Assembly (NCBI GenBank): GCA_963702835.1 | Contig: OY969762.1 | Location: 750,626 to 814,625, forward strand | Source of the DNA: Candidatus Aminicenantes bacterium | GTDB taxonomy: Bacteria > Acidobacteriota > Aminicenantia > Aminicenantales > JAFGAV01 | Length of the DNA stretch: 64,000 bases | Reading direction: 5' to 3' | Part shown: piece by piece, positions 9,531 to 18,533 of the stretch | Layout: every line of letters begins with the position of its first letter | Numbering within the stretch: the stretch's first letter is position 1 | Notes under the pieces: model-generated | The model's input: the letters and a program-made list of their open reading frames with translations, nothing else | What the model was told of the DNA's origin: nothing | Databases searched by the model: none | Made by a program: the position numbers and the translations under genes

Positions 9531-9592
9531 CTCGCAAGCTATTTATAAACGGCCGGCGGTGGTGATAGAATGGGGCATCTTTTGGCTCAAGA

Positions 9593-10582
9593 GTGGAGTC
9601 GGGCATGGAACGTCGGCATTTCCTCAAAACAGCGGCGGCCGGGTTGGCGGCCTGGCGCGGGATGGGTTTCGGCCAGACGACGAGCAAAGAACCTGCCGGC
9701 TTCAGCCAAGTTGTCCTGGTCAAGACCAAAGACCGGAAAAAGGGGGTCAAGGCCGCTCTAGAGATATTGAGTTTCACTCCGCCCAAGAACAAGCCGGTCC
9801 TCATCAAGCCCAATTTCAATTCGGCCGACCCTTCTCCCGGCTCCACCCATAACGACATTTTGGTTCAGCTTATTGAAGAGATGCGGGCGCGCGGAGCGAC
9901 GGCCATCACCGTGGGGGAGAGGAGCGGCCCGCCCGACAGCCGCCAGGTCATGGAGGAAAAGGGAGTCTTCGACCTGGCCCGCGACATGAAGTTCAGCCTC
10001 CTCAATTATGAGGACCTGTCCGAAGACGACTGGGTCAAAATGACTCCGCAGGGGAACCATTGGGAGGACGGCTTCGCCGTGGCCAGGCCCGTGCTCCAGG
10101 CGGACTATATCGCCGCCGCCTGCTGTTTGAAAACGCACCAATACGGCGCCGTTTACAGCATGGCCCTCAAGCTGGCCGTGGGCCTGACGCCCAAGCGCCT
10201 CATGCGACAGCTCCACACCTCGCCCCACATGCGGAGGATGATCGCCGAGTTGAACCTGGCCTATCATCCCCAGCTGCTTCTTATGGACGGGGTAGAGGCT
10301 TTTGTGGACGGAGGGCCGATGACCGGGAAAAGGGCTCAGGCCGAGGTCATCCTGGCCGGCACCTGCCGAGTGGCCATGGACGCCGTCGGCCTCGCGGTTC
10401 TCAAAGAACTCGGCTCGAACGAGGCGATTATGTCCCGGAAAATTTTCGAGCAGGAACAGATCCAGAGGGCGGTCGAGCTTGGCCTGGGAGTGGCGCGTCC
10501 CGACCAGATCCAGCTCGTCGGCGCGGACCCGGCCAGCCGCGCTTATGCCGACAAGATCAAGGCCGTTCTGGCCCAGGGATAG
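9593..10582 (+). CDS. DUF362 domain protein with a twin-arginine (Tat) signal
   Basis: The Tat signal reads MERRHFLKTAAAGLAA. DUF362 motifs follow: VLIKPNFNS...ITVGERSG... Confidence 0.6.
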   Translation: MESGMERRHFLKTAAAGLAAWRGMGFGQTTSKEPAGFSQVVLVKTKDRKKGVKAALEILSFTPPKNKPVLIKPNFNSADPSPGSTHNDILVQLIEEMRARGATAITVGERSGPPDSRQVMEEKGVFDLARDMKFSLLNYEDLSEDDWVKMTPQGNHWEDGFAVARPVLQADYIAAACCLKTHQYGAVYSMALKLAVGLTPKRLMRQLHTSPHMRRMIAELNLAYHPQLLLMDGVEAFVDGGPMTGKRAQAEVILAGTCRVAMDAVGLAVLKELGSNEAIMSRKIFEQEQIQRAVELGLGVARPDQIQLVGADPASRAYADKIKAVLAQG

Positions 10583-10589
10583 GCAGACG

Positions 10590-11162
10590 ATGGCCAGCGA
10601 GCTTTATCGGGGAAGGCGTTCCGTCCGGCAGTTCCAGCCCAAGCCGGTGCCCCGGGAACTCCTGATGAGGCTGGCCGATGCCGCCCGGCTGGCGCCCTCC
10701 GCGGCCAACCGTCAACCCCTGGAATTCATTCTCCTGGACGACCCGGCCGTGTGCGCCAGGATTTTTCCGCACCTCCGCTGGGCGGCATATATCAGCCCGG
10801 CCGGCGACCCGCGGCCGGGGCAGGAGCCGCGAGCTTATGTGGTCACCCTGGTCAACACCGCGGTCCGGGACAAAGGATGTGAATATGACGTGGGCGCGGC
10901 TACGATGTCCATGATCATGACGGCCTGGGCCGAAGGAGTGGCCAGCTGCTGGCTCATTTCCGTGGACCGGGCCGAGGTCTCGCGGCTGCTGGGCATCCCC
11001 GAGACTCACCGCCTCGATTCCGTCCTGGCCCTGGGCTATCCTGCCGAAGCGCCTCAGGCCGATGACCTGACCGATTCAGTTCAATACTGGAAGGACGCGG
11101 ACGGCCGGCTCCATGTACCCAAGAGGAAGCTGGACAGCGTCGTTCACTTCAACAGGTTTTAG
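10590..11162 (+). CDS. Nitroreductase family protein
   Basis: The N-terminus RRSVRQF...PVPRELLMRLADAARLAPSAANRQPLEFILL is the classic nitroreductase FMN-binding N-terminus. Start is the internal ATG at 10590. Confidence 0.8.
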   Translation: MASELYRGRRSVRQFQPKPVPRELLMRLADAARLAPSAANRQPLEFILLDDPAVCARIFPHLRWAAYISPAGDPRPGQEPRAYVVTLVNTAVRDKGCEYDVGAATMSMIMTAWAEGVASCWLISVDRAEVSRLLGIPETHRLDSVLALGYPAEAPQADDLTDSVQYWKDADGRLHVPKRKLDSVVHFNRF

Positions 11163-11237
11163 ACAGGCCGAGTGCGGCCTCATCATCAACGTGCCTGGAA
11201 TTCGCGGGACACGATCCCGATTTCAAGAGAAATCGGG

Positions 11238-12524
11238 TCATGTCCCGAGCTTGGCTAGCCTGCCCAGAGATTCAAGGATTTTCGTCACCTCATCGTCCGT
11301 ATTGCAGATGTGGAAGGAGACCCGGATGGCGTTGAGCCCGCCCTCGCTGACGCTCCGGACGCGGATCTTGTCATTGGCCAGGTGCTCGTTGATCTTCTTG
11401 TAGTCGCAGGCTTTCATCCTGAAGCTGATCATGGACGAACGGTAAGCTTCCTCCTCCGGGGAGAGGACCTCGACGCCGGCCATCTCCTCCAACCCCCGGT
11501 AGAACCGCTCGGCCAGGGGATGGTTGTGACGCCAGATGCGCTCCAGGCCGATGGTCTGCACAAAATCCACGGCCGTGCCCAGAGCAAAAAACAGGGCGTC
11601 GTTCTGGGTGCCGTATTCGTAGCGCTGGGCCGTGGGATGGAGGACGAATTCGTTTTTGATGATGTCATATCTCTCCGAACTGCCGCCGCCCACCGTCATC
11701 GGCCGCAGCACGTCGAGGAGCCCCTGACGCACGTACAGAAAACCGGTCCGCTTGGGGGCCATGATCCATTTGTGCGTGCTGCAGGTGTAGAAATCGGCCC
11801 CGCCTTCCACAACGTCGAAGATGATGTTGCCCGGAGCCTGGGCGCCGTCCAGGGCGAACCAGATCCCCTTATCCCGGGCCAGCCGGGAGATTTCCTTGTC
11901 CGGGAAGCGCTGTCCCGTGGTGCAGGTGACATGGCTGATGAAGATCAGGCGCGTCCGGCCGTTGATCAGGCGGGCGATGCGCTCCAGGTTACCCTGGCCG
12001 TTCTCCAGGTCGGGCTCGAACAGGCGGATGACGATGCCGTCCCGCTGCATCCGGTTGAGGAGCCCGGAATTCACGGCCACGTGCTCGTGGGTCGAGGTGA
12101 TGACCTCGTCGCCTTTTTTGAGCGCTAGGCCGTTGATGATGATGTTGATGCCTTCGGTGGCCGAGCTGATGAGGGCCAGGTCCTCTTTGCGGCAGGACCG
12201 GCCCAGGAGGGCGGCCAGCCTTTCCTTGACCGACCACCACTCCTTCTCGTCGTGGCCGGCGTTGGGCGCCCGCTCTTCGCTGCGGGACCATTCTGAAAAA
12301 CTGTGGAGGACGGGCAGGGGGCAGGCTCCCAGGCCGCCGAAATTCAGATAAATCCATTCCGGGTCCAAACTGAACTGCTCGCGGATAATCTTCCAGAAAG
12401 CCTCCTCATCGCCCGAGGCGGCCGCGGCCTGCAGTTCCCGGAGATCGGCGGACCTCACCGCCCCGGGCCAGGCCAAGCTGCCCAGGAACACGGCGGACAA
12501 ACGGATGAAGTCTTTTCGTCTCAT
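11238..12524 (-). CDS. Class V aminotransferase-fold PLP-dependent enzyme (cysteine desulfurase/IPN-epimerase-like) with Tat signal
   Basis: The N-terminal Tat signal is MRRKDFIRLSAVFLGSLAWPGAVRSA. PLP-fold motifs include ...TSTHEHVAV... and the lysine motif FYTCSTHKWIMAP. Confidence 0.7.
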   Translation of the reverse strand: MRRKDFIRLSAVFLGSLAWPGAVRSADLRELQAAAASGDEEAFWKIIREQFSLDPEWIYLNFGGLGACPLPVLHSFSEWSRSEERAPNAGHDEKEWWSVKERLAALLGRSCRKEDLALISSATEGINIIINGLALKKGDEVITSTHEHVAVNSGLLNRMQRDGIVIRLFEPDLENGQGNLERIARLINGRTRLIFISHVTCTTGQRFPDKEISRLARDKGIWFALDGAQAPGNIIFDVVEGGADFYTCSTHKWIMAPKRTGFLYVRQGLLDVLRPMTVGGGSSERYDIIKNEFVLHPTAQRYEYGTQNDALFFALGTAVDFVQTIGLERIWRHNHPLAERFYRGLEEMAGVEVLSPEEEAYRSSMISFRMKACDYKKINEHLANDKIRVRSVSEGGLNAIRVSFHICNTDDEVTKILESLGRLAKLGT

Positions 12525-12563
12525 AATGTCCTCCTTGGCCTGGTCATATGGGTTCTGCTCCGG

Positions 12564-13910
12564 TCACTCGCCGGCCACCGTCAACTCCCGAATTTTGATG
12601 GTCGGCCCGGTGACTCCCATATCCAGGTCCAGGTCGTCGGCCACGGCTTCAAGGTCGTGGAGCGCCCGGCCCAGGTTCCCGGAGACCGTGATCTCCGAGA
12701 CGGGATAGACGACCTCGCCCTTCTCCACCCACAGCCCGAAGGCGCCCCGGGATATGTCGCCGGTCACGGGGTTGAGGCCGTGGCCGATGGTCTTGATGAG
12801 AATAAGGCCGCGCTCCGTCGAGGCGATAATGTCCTCGGGTTTCAGCCGGCCGGGCTGGAGGTAGAAATTGTTGGGGCCCACGCCGCCGCCCTCGGAGTTG
12901 CCCGTGCTGCGGAGGCCGAGCTTGCGGGCTGCGTAGGCGTTGCACAGAAAGTTTTTAAGGATACCCCTGTCCACGACCGTCGTCCGCCGGCAGGGAACGC
13001 CCTCCGAGTCGAAGGGCCGGGTCCCCGGCCGGCGGGGCAGCAGGCCGTCGTCAACAACGGTGAGGAGGCCGCTGCCGATCTCCTGGCCCAGCTTGTCGGC
13101 CAGGAAGGTCATTTTCTGATAGACCGAGACTCCCGACACACAGGAGAACAGGAAGCCCATCAGCCAGGAAGTCATCAGCGGCTCGAAGATGAGCGGCACC
13201 TGTTGAGTCTTGATCTTGCGGGGGTTGAGCTGGCGAACGGTCCGGGCCACGGCCGTCCGGGCCACCTTGTCCGGCGGGTCGAGGTCCTTCCAATGCGTCC
13301 GCGATGAATACCAGAAATCTTCCACCCGTTCGTCGGTCCCTCCCGCCTGAAGCCCAACGCTGAGCGAGCAATGGGAATAACGGAAGTCTTCCAGGAACCC
13401 CTTGGAATTGGCCAGGATGACGACGCCTTCGTTGGTCCCTACGCTGGCGCCCTGGGAATTGGTGATGCGTTTGTCCTCCAGGGCCAGGCGCTCAGTCTGG
13501 AAGGCCAGGTCGATCTTGGTCCGGGCATCCACGGCCTCCAAGTCCGGGTCATGCAGGTCGAGCGGTCCAGCCGCCGCGGGCCTCTCCTCCAAATCCGGGA
13601 GGCCGGAGAACTCGTCGAAGCCGGCCAGGCGGGCCCTCTGGACTGCCCGGCGGACCAGGCCCTCCAGCGCCTCTTCCGAAAGGTCCGAGGAAGAGGCGTA
13701 GGCCGTCCTCTTGTCCAGGATGACCCTGAGCCCCAGGCCGCGCGAGCCGGCTTCCACGAGGTTTTCAATCCGGCCCAGTCGCACATCGACGCTGAACTCC
13801 GAGCCGTCGCCGATTTGGACCTCGGCCTCATCGGCGCCGGCCGAGCAGGCCTTTTCCACCAGGCTCACGGCCAGGCCGTGCAGGTCGCCGGCCGAGAGCC
13901 TTTGTTTCAT
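12564..13910 (-). CDS. pmbA: PmbA/TldE family metalloprotease
   Basis: It matches the TldD/PmbA (peptidase U62) family over the whole length and overlaps the upstream tldD stop by 4 nt. Confidence 0.8.
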   Translation of the reverse strand: MKQRLSAGDLHGLAVSLVEKACSAGADEAEVQIGDGSEFSVDVRLGRIENLVEAGSRGLGLRVILDKRTAYASSSDLSEEALEGLVRRAVQRARLAGFDEFSGLPDLEERPAAAGPLDLHDPDLEAVDARTKIDLAFQTERLALEDKRITNSQGASVGTNEGVVILANSKGFLEDFRYSHCSLSVGLQAGGTDERVEDFWYSSRTHWKDLDPPDKVARTAVARTVRQLNPRKIKTQQVPLIFEPLMTSWLMGFLFSCVSGVSVYQKMTFLADKLGQEIGSGLLTVVDDGLLPRRPGTRPFDSEGVPCRRTTVVDRGILKNFLCNAYAARKLGLRSTGNSEGGGVGPNNFYLQPGRLKPEDIIASTERGLILIKTIGHGLNPVTGDISRGAFGLWVEKGEVVYPVSEITVSGNLGRALHDLEAVADDLDLDMGVTGPTIKIRELTVAGE

Positions 13911-15316
13911 GCGCTCCCCCCGATCGTCATCCGCTCGATTTTGAGCGTCGGGCAGCCGTCCGTGACCGGCACATCCTGGCCGTCCTTGCTGCAGGTGCCC
14001 GTCTGCAGGCTGAAGCCGAGGTCCGAGCCGACCAGGACGATGCGGTGCAGGATGTCCAGGTTGGAGCCGATGAGGGTGGCCTGTTTGACCGGAGCGGTCA
14101 GCCGTCCTCCCTCGATGAGAAAGCCGGAGCTGACGGAGAAAGTAAACTTCCCCGAATCTTCGACCTGGCCTCCCTGGAACCGGCCGGCATAGAAGCCTTT
14201 TTTCACCGAACGGATGATCTCTTCCGGGTCACTCTCACCCCGGTCGATGAAAATGTTCGACATGCGCGGGAGGGGATAGCAGCTGAAATCCTGCCGCCGG
14301 CCGTGGCCGGTCAGGCCGCGGCCCAGGACTTTGGCCGACAGACGATCCTGGAGGAGGCCGGTCATGATGCCCCGGTCGATGAGCAGGGTCTTGGAGGGCG
14401 TCGTCCCCTCGTCGTCGATATTATAAGAGCCGCGGTAGAAGGGGATGGTCGGGTCGTCGTAGATGGTCACCAGGGATGTCCCCACCCGCCGGCCGAGCTT
14501 GTCCCAGAAAACGGACGTCTTCTTCCTGATGAAATCCGCCTCCAGGAGATGGCCGACAGCCTCGTGGATGAGAACACCGCTGTGGCCCGGCGCCAGGACG
14601 ATGGGCAACTCGCCGGCCGGCGCGGGCCGTGCCTCGAGCAGGCTCACCGCTTCCTGTGCGGCGTCCCGGCCGATCTGCTCGGGAGTCATGGTCTGGGCGA
14701 AATACTCCAAGCCCACCCGGCCGCCGCCTCCCGAGAAACCGGCCTCCCGCCGGCCGTTCTTCTCGGCCACGGCCAGGCAGCTGAGCCTCACCAGCGGCCG
14801 GCAATCGGCGGCCAGCAGCCCTTCGCTGTTGACGATGAGTACGGTCTGGAGGTTATCCGCCAGGGCGACATTGACCTTGGTCACGGACGGGTGAAAACTT
14901 TGAGCCGCGGCATAGGCCTTCCGGACGAGCTCGATCTTGGCCTGGAGCGGAGCGGAGTGGGCCAAAGAGCGGACGGGATAGAGGTCATGACCGGGCCGGG
15001 CCGCTTCGAGCCTTAGCGTTTTTTTTTCAGCGGCCGAAGAGGCAATGGAAGACGCCGAGAGTGCGGCCCGGCGAATGCTCTCCGGGCTCAGGTCATTGGT
15101 GTAGCCGAAGCCGGTCTGGTCGCCCTTCAGCACGCGCACGCCCAGGCCCAGGACCAGGCTCTCGGCCGTGTCCTTGATGAGGTCCTCTTCCATATGGATG
15201 GAGCTGAAGGTGCGGTGTTCGAGGAATAGTTCGGAAAATTCGCCGCCGTGCTCCAGGGCTAGGTCCAGGAATCTGGCCAGGTCATCGACAGTGAGTCCGA
15301 AACGCTCCAGGCTCAT
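13907..15316 (-). CDS. tldD: TldD family metalloprotease
   Basis: It shows TldD-type conservation (HExxxGH-like motif region, C-terminal GxC...) and is about 470 aa. Confidence 0.85.
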   Translation of the reverse strand: MSLERFGLTVDDLARFLDLALEHGGEFSELFLEHRTFSSIHMEEDLIKDTAESLVLGLGVRVLKGDQTGFGYTNDLSPESIRRAALSASSIASSAAEKKTLRLEAARPGHDLYPVRSLAHSAPLQAKIELVRKAYAAAQSFHPSVTKVNVALADNLQTVLIVNSEGLLAADCRPLVRLSCLAVAEKNGRREAGFSGGGGRVGLEYFAQTMTPEQIGRDAAQEAVSLLEARPAPAGELPIVLAPGHSGVLIHEAVGHLLEADFIRKKTSVFWDKLGRRVGTSLVTIYDDPTIPFYRGSYNIDDEGTTPSKTLLIDRGIMTGLLQDRLSAKVLGRGLTGHGRRQDFSCYPLPRMSNIFIDRGESDPEEIIRSVKKGFYAGRFQGGQVEDSGKFTFSVSSGFLIEGGRLTAPVKQATLIGSNLDILHRIVLVGSDLGFSLQTGTCSKDGQDVPVTDGCPTLKIERMTIGGSA

Positions 15317-15559
15317 TGAAGCTAATCATACCCGACAACTCTGTGGATGTCATTATATATGGGGTCAGACCCGGATAATTATATTAATATCAACGTGATA
15401 GAATAATTTTTGGGGCTTTTTTTGGGCTTATATTGACTTTTTTGGGGTCCGAATTGAAGCTGGAGCAGGCGAATCCAAGTTATTCTTGCTGTCCTTGTCT
15501 AATTTAACGAGAAGTAGGAAAATATGCTTAGTCAGGAAAGGACTGAATAGGAGGAACAC

Positions 15560-16132
15560 ATGAATAAGCGTTTCATCATCGTCTTTTTGGCTGTGGCCCT
15601 TCTCGGTATGCAGACGCTGGCCCTGACGGGCTCCGTCGTCATCAAGCGCCGGCTTCCCCACCGGACCGTAGTCATCGTCCACAGGGGTTTTCCCATTGTC
15701 CGTCCCCTGCGGCCCGTGATCGTCCATCCGATCATCCGGCCCTACAGGGTCGCTCCGCGCCTCTTCTTGCCCATGTTCTTCTGGACAGGCGTTGTAGTCG
15801 CCGCCACATCGGTTTCCGCCCCGAACTTCTTTGTCTGGGAGGACGGCGAGAACCTCCTGGCCCCGGAAGGGTGGACTGAGTTTACCCTGAACTGCCAGAA
15901 CACAGGCACCAAGCTCTGGCTGGAAATCGTCAAGGGCCGCGTCCAGCTCGACTGGGCTGAAGTGGTCTTCGCCAACGGAGAGACTCAAGTTGTAGACATG
16001 AAGGAATTTGTCCGCGATCCGGGCTATTACCTGTTGCTCGACTTTGCCAACGGACGAGAAGTGGACCATGTCCGGATGGTAGCCCAGGCTGAAACGCCCG
16101 AAGCGCGTCTCGTCCTGAGAATCCAGAAGTGA
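15560..16132 (+). CDS. Secreted hypothetical protein (signal peptide; Arg/Pro-rich basic linker; C-terminal beta-rich domain)
   Basis: RBS aggagg. The signal peptide is MNKRFIIVFLAVALLGMQTLALTG. The antisense ORF 15428-16069 was rejected. Confidence 0.5.
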   Translation: MNKRFIIVFLAVALLGMQTLALTGSVVIKRRLPHRTVVIVHRGFPIVRPLRPVIVHPIIRPYRVAPRLFLPMFFWTGVVVAATSVSAPNFFVWEDGENLLAPEGWTEFTLNCQNTGTKLWLEIVKGRVQLDWAEVVFANGETQVVDMKEFVRDPGYYLLLDFANGREVDHVRMVAQAETPEARLVLRIQK

Positions 16133-16231
16133 TATGTGTCGGATAAGCCGTGAGGAGAGACTCGGCGGCTGCGGATTCGGCGGCCGCCGCTCTTGATTCG
16201 CTGATTTAACGTTTCGGCCTTTTCGGCAAAC

Positions 16232-16274
16232 CAGGGCAGGTACCAGAGAGAATGGTACCTGCCCTTTTTATTTT
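16232..16274 (+). terminator. Rho-independent terminator (11-bp GC-rich stem followed by T-run)
   Basis: The sequence gggcaggtacc-agagagaatg-ggtacctgccc-tttttatttt lies downstream of the 15560-16132 gene. Confidence 0.5.
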
Positions 16275-16342
16275 GGGGGCTCGGGATGCTATAGATGCAT
16301 CTCGGCGGCGAATGATTCCAGCTTGATGGGCCGGAGCCAGGG

Positions 16343-17415
16343 CTATTTTTTAATATTTTTTTTCAGAAAGGGAAGGGCTAGGATAAGCAGGCTCAGGATG
16401 CCCAGGCCGTATTCCAGGGCGTTGGTGATGAGGTGAACGCCTAATCCCGAGACCACTGCCAGGTCCCGCGGAAATCCGAGGAGGCGGAAGGTGTAGGTCC
16501 AGGCCGTCTCCCAGGTCCCGAATCCGGCGAGGCCCTTAACCGGTAGAGCGGCGGTGAACTCCGCGCCGGTCAGTCCCAGAATGGTCTTCCAGAAACTGAG
16601 GTCGCCCGGCCGGTAGCCTTGGCTGCGCAGGAGTCCGAATAAAAGATAATAGATGGAGACATACTTGGCCAGGCGGATAAACAAAGACTGGATGAAGACG
16701 ACGGCCATGGTCTTGGCCTCCCGGACCATGTTCAGGCTATCCCGGACTTGGTCGAGCTTAGCGACGGCCAGGCGGGCCCATCGTTTATCAGCTTGACGGA
16801 AGCGGCGGAGCAAGTTTTGAAAAATACGGACGGCCAGGCCCGCCAGCGGCGCCAGTTTCCACAGGATGAGGCCGGTCATCACGCAAAAGCACAGAGCTGC
16901 CGCTACAAGAGCTCCTTTAGATAGAGGCACCGATATGGCGCCGGCGGCTAGGACGGCCAGGATGAGGAAGGGGCCGAGCGTCAGAAAATCCAGGACAAAG
17001 GCCACGACAAAAGAGGAGGTGGCCGCTTCAAAGGAAACGCCCAGCCTTTGATTGAGGACATAAATATAGGATAGGGAACCAAGGCGGGCCGGCAGAAGGT
17101 CATCGAAAGAATTCCGGATCAGGGTGGCCAGGAAGATGCCGCCCCAGGAGCAGGTCTGAGGGCGAAGGAGAAGGCGGTAGCGCCAGGCCCGCAGCCAGAC
17201 GGAGACGAGATGGAGAGCGACATAGGCGGCTAGCCCGGGCAGATAAACATTAAGGAGCGTTTTTTCAGAAGCGCAGGGTCAATCTGCCGCAGCAGGAGGG
17301 CTAAAAGGACGAGGGTCACGGCCAGCGACAGCAGGATGTAGAGAAGCTTCCGCCTCGACATGGACTCATGATAGTGGGCCGATTCAGGCGATGTCAAATT
17401 CGGGCTCAGCGCCAC
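16343..17415 (-). pseudogene. Flippase-like/lysylphosphatidylglycerol-synthase TM-region (UPF0104) family membrane protein, frameshifted in a T6 (A6 on coding strand) run
   Basis: The N-terminal ORF 17230-17415 (…RRKLLYILLSLAVTLVLLALLLRQIDPALLKK) and the C-terminal ORF 16343-17005 are one gene. A single extra A at 17260-17265 gives a continuous ...LLKKTLLNVYLPGLAAYVALHLVSVWLRAWRYRLLLRPQ... reading into MAFVLDFLTLGP... Confidence 0.7.
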
Positions 17416-17455
17416 CCCCCGTCCGCCCTTGCGCGAAGCCCACCCACCGGCCTCT

Positions 17456-17538
17456 CCGGAGACGCCTTCCTTTATCCCTCCTGAATACAGGAGGGCAAGG
17501 GAGGTTTATAGATTAGGAGATATTGAAGGCGTCTCCGG
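17456..17538. repeat. Nested inverted-repeat element: perfect 14-bp outer stem (CCGGAGACGCCTTC / GAAGGCGTCTCCGG) enclosing an 8-bp inner hairpin (CCCTCCTG-AATA-CAGGAGGG)
   Basis: Read directly from the sequence. It lies in the divergent intergenic region between the flippase-like gene start and nadC. Confidence 0.55.
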
Positions 17539-17669
17539 CTGATGCGCTGCGGGCGGACGGGGATCGGCGCCGCGCCATTTCGCATCATGTATCACTGGGA
17601 GTAAAATGCTTTGATCACAAAACTTAAATTTGATTGGGATGAACATTCCGCATATAATGGACAAAATCG

Positions 17670-18530
17670 ATGCCTCTTCAGACTGCCGTGAATACGATGT
17701 GTTCATCAGAGGTTGAAGCTCTCATCGAGACCGCTCTAAAGGAGGATATGCCGCAGGGCGATATTACCTCGGAGAGCATCATACCCGCTTCATCTTTATC
17801 CAGGGCCGTTTTCCTGGCCAAGGAAGCCGGCCGGCTGGCCGGCCTGGATGTGGCTCGCCGGGTGTATGAAAAAATCGATCAGGCCGTCGTGTTTAAAAAG
17901 AGGTTAGAAGACGGTGCCGATTTTAAAAAAGGCGATATCCTGGCCGAGGTCCGGGGGCACTCAATTGCCCTGCTGAAAGGGGAGAGGACCTCCCTAAATT
18001 TCCTCCAAAGGCTGTCGGGGATCGCTACCACCACGCGAAAATATGTCCTGGCCGTCAAGGGCACTAAGACCAAGATCCTCGACACCCGCAAGACCACGCC
18101 CGGCCTGCGCGCTCTGGAGAAATACGCCGTCCGCATGGGCGGCGGCCAGAACCACCGTCTGAACCTTTCCGAGATGGTGCTCATTAAGGACAACCATCTG
18201 CGTCTGGCCGGCAGCGTCTCCCAGGCCGTCCACAAGGCCAGGACCGGGGTCCGGCCTGGCGTTAAGATTGAGGTCGAGGTCACGGATTTTGGCGGCGCGC
18301 GGGAGGCCCTAGAGGCCGGGGCGGATATAATTATGCTCGACAACATGACGCTTCCGGCTGTGAAGCATATCGTCGGCTTCCTGGGGGGAAGGGTGCCGGT
18401 CGAAGTCTCCGGGGGAGTCACTGTGGAGCGGGCCGGCCGGATCGCCGCGCTGGGCGTAGATTATATCTCGGTGGGCGGCCTGACCCACTCCTATCATTCC
18501 GTGGACATCAGCCTGGAGTTCCAGGAGTAA
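17670..18530 (+). CDS. nadC: Nicotinate-nucleotide pyrophosphorylase (quinolinate phosphoribosyltransferase)
   Basis: Full-length match to QAPRTase (…ILDTRKTTPGLR…IKDNH…IMLDNM…). Confidence 0.85.
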   Translation: MPLQTAVNTMCSSEVEALIETALKEDMPQGDITSESIIPASSLSRAVFLAKEAGRLAGLDVARRVYEKIDQAVVFKKRLEDGADFKKGDILAEVRGHSIALLKGERTSLNFLQRLSGIATTTRKYVLAVKGTKTKILDTRKTTPGLRALEKYAVRMGGGQNHRLNLSEMVLIKDNHLRLAGSVSQAVHKARTGVRPGVKIEVEVTDFGGAREALEAGADIIMLDNMTLPAVKHIVGFLGGRVPVEVSGGVTVERAGRIAALGVDYISVGGLTHSYHSVDISLEFQE

Positions 18531-18533
18531 ACC

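Noticed and set aside
9394-9858. 154-aa minus-strand ORF overlapping the DUF362 start region
   Set aside because: Antisense to the Tat-signal region of the DUF362 gene; no independent support.
10590-11162. Nitroreductase as a McbC/SagB-type dehydrogenase of a TOMM/RiPP cluster next to tldD/pmbA
   Set aside because: The protein is a short canonical NfsB-like nitroreductase on the opposite strand from the tldD operon. No cyclodehydratase or precursor peptide is visible.
15428-16069. 213-aa minus-strand ORF
   Set aside because: Overlaps the plus-strand secreted-protein gene, which has an RBS, a signal peptide and a downstream terminator; the minus frame is His/Asp/Gly-rich with no start context.
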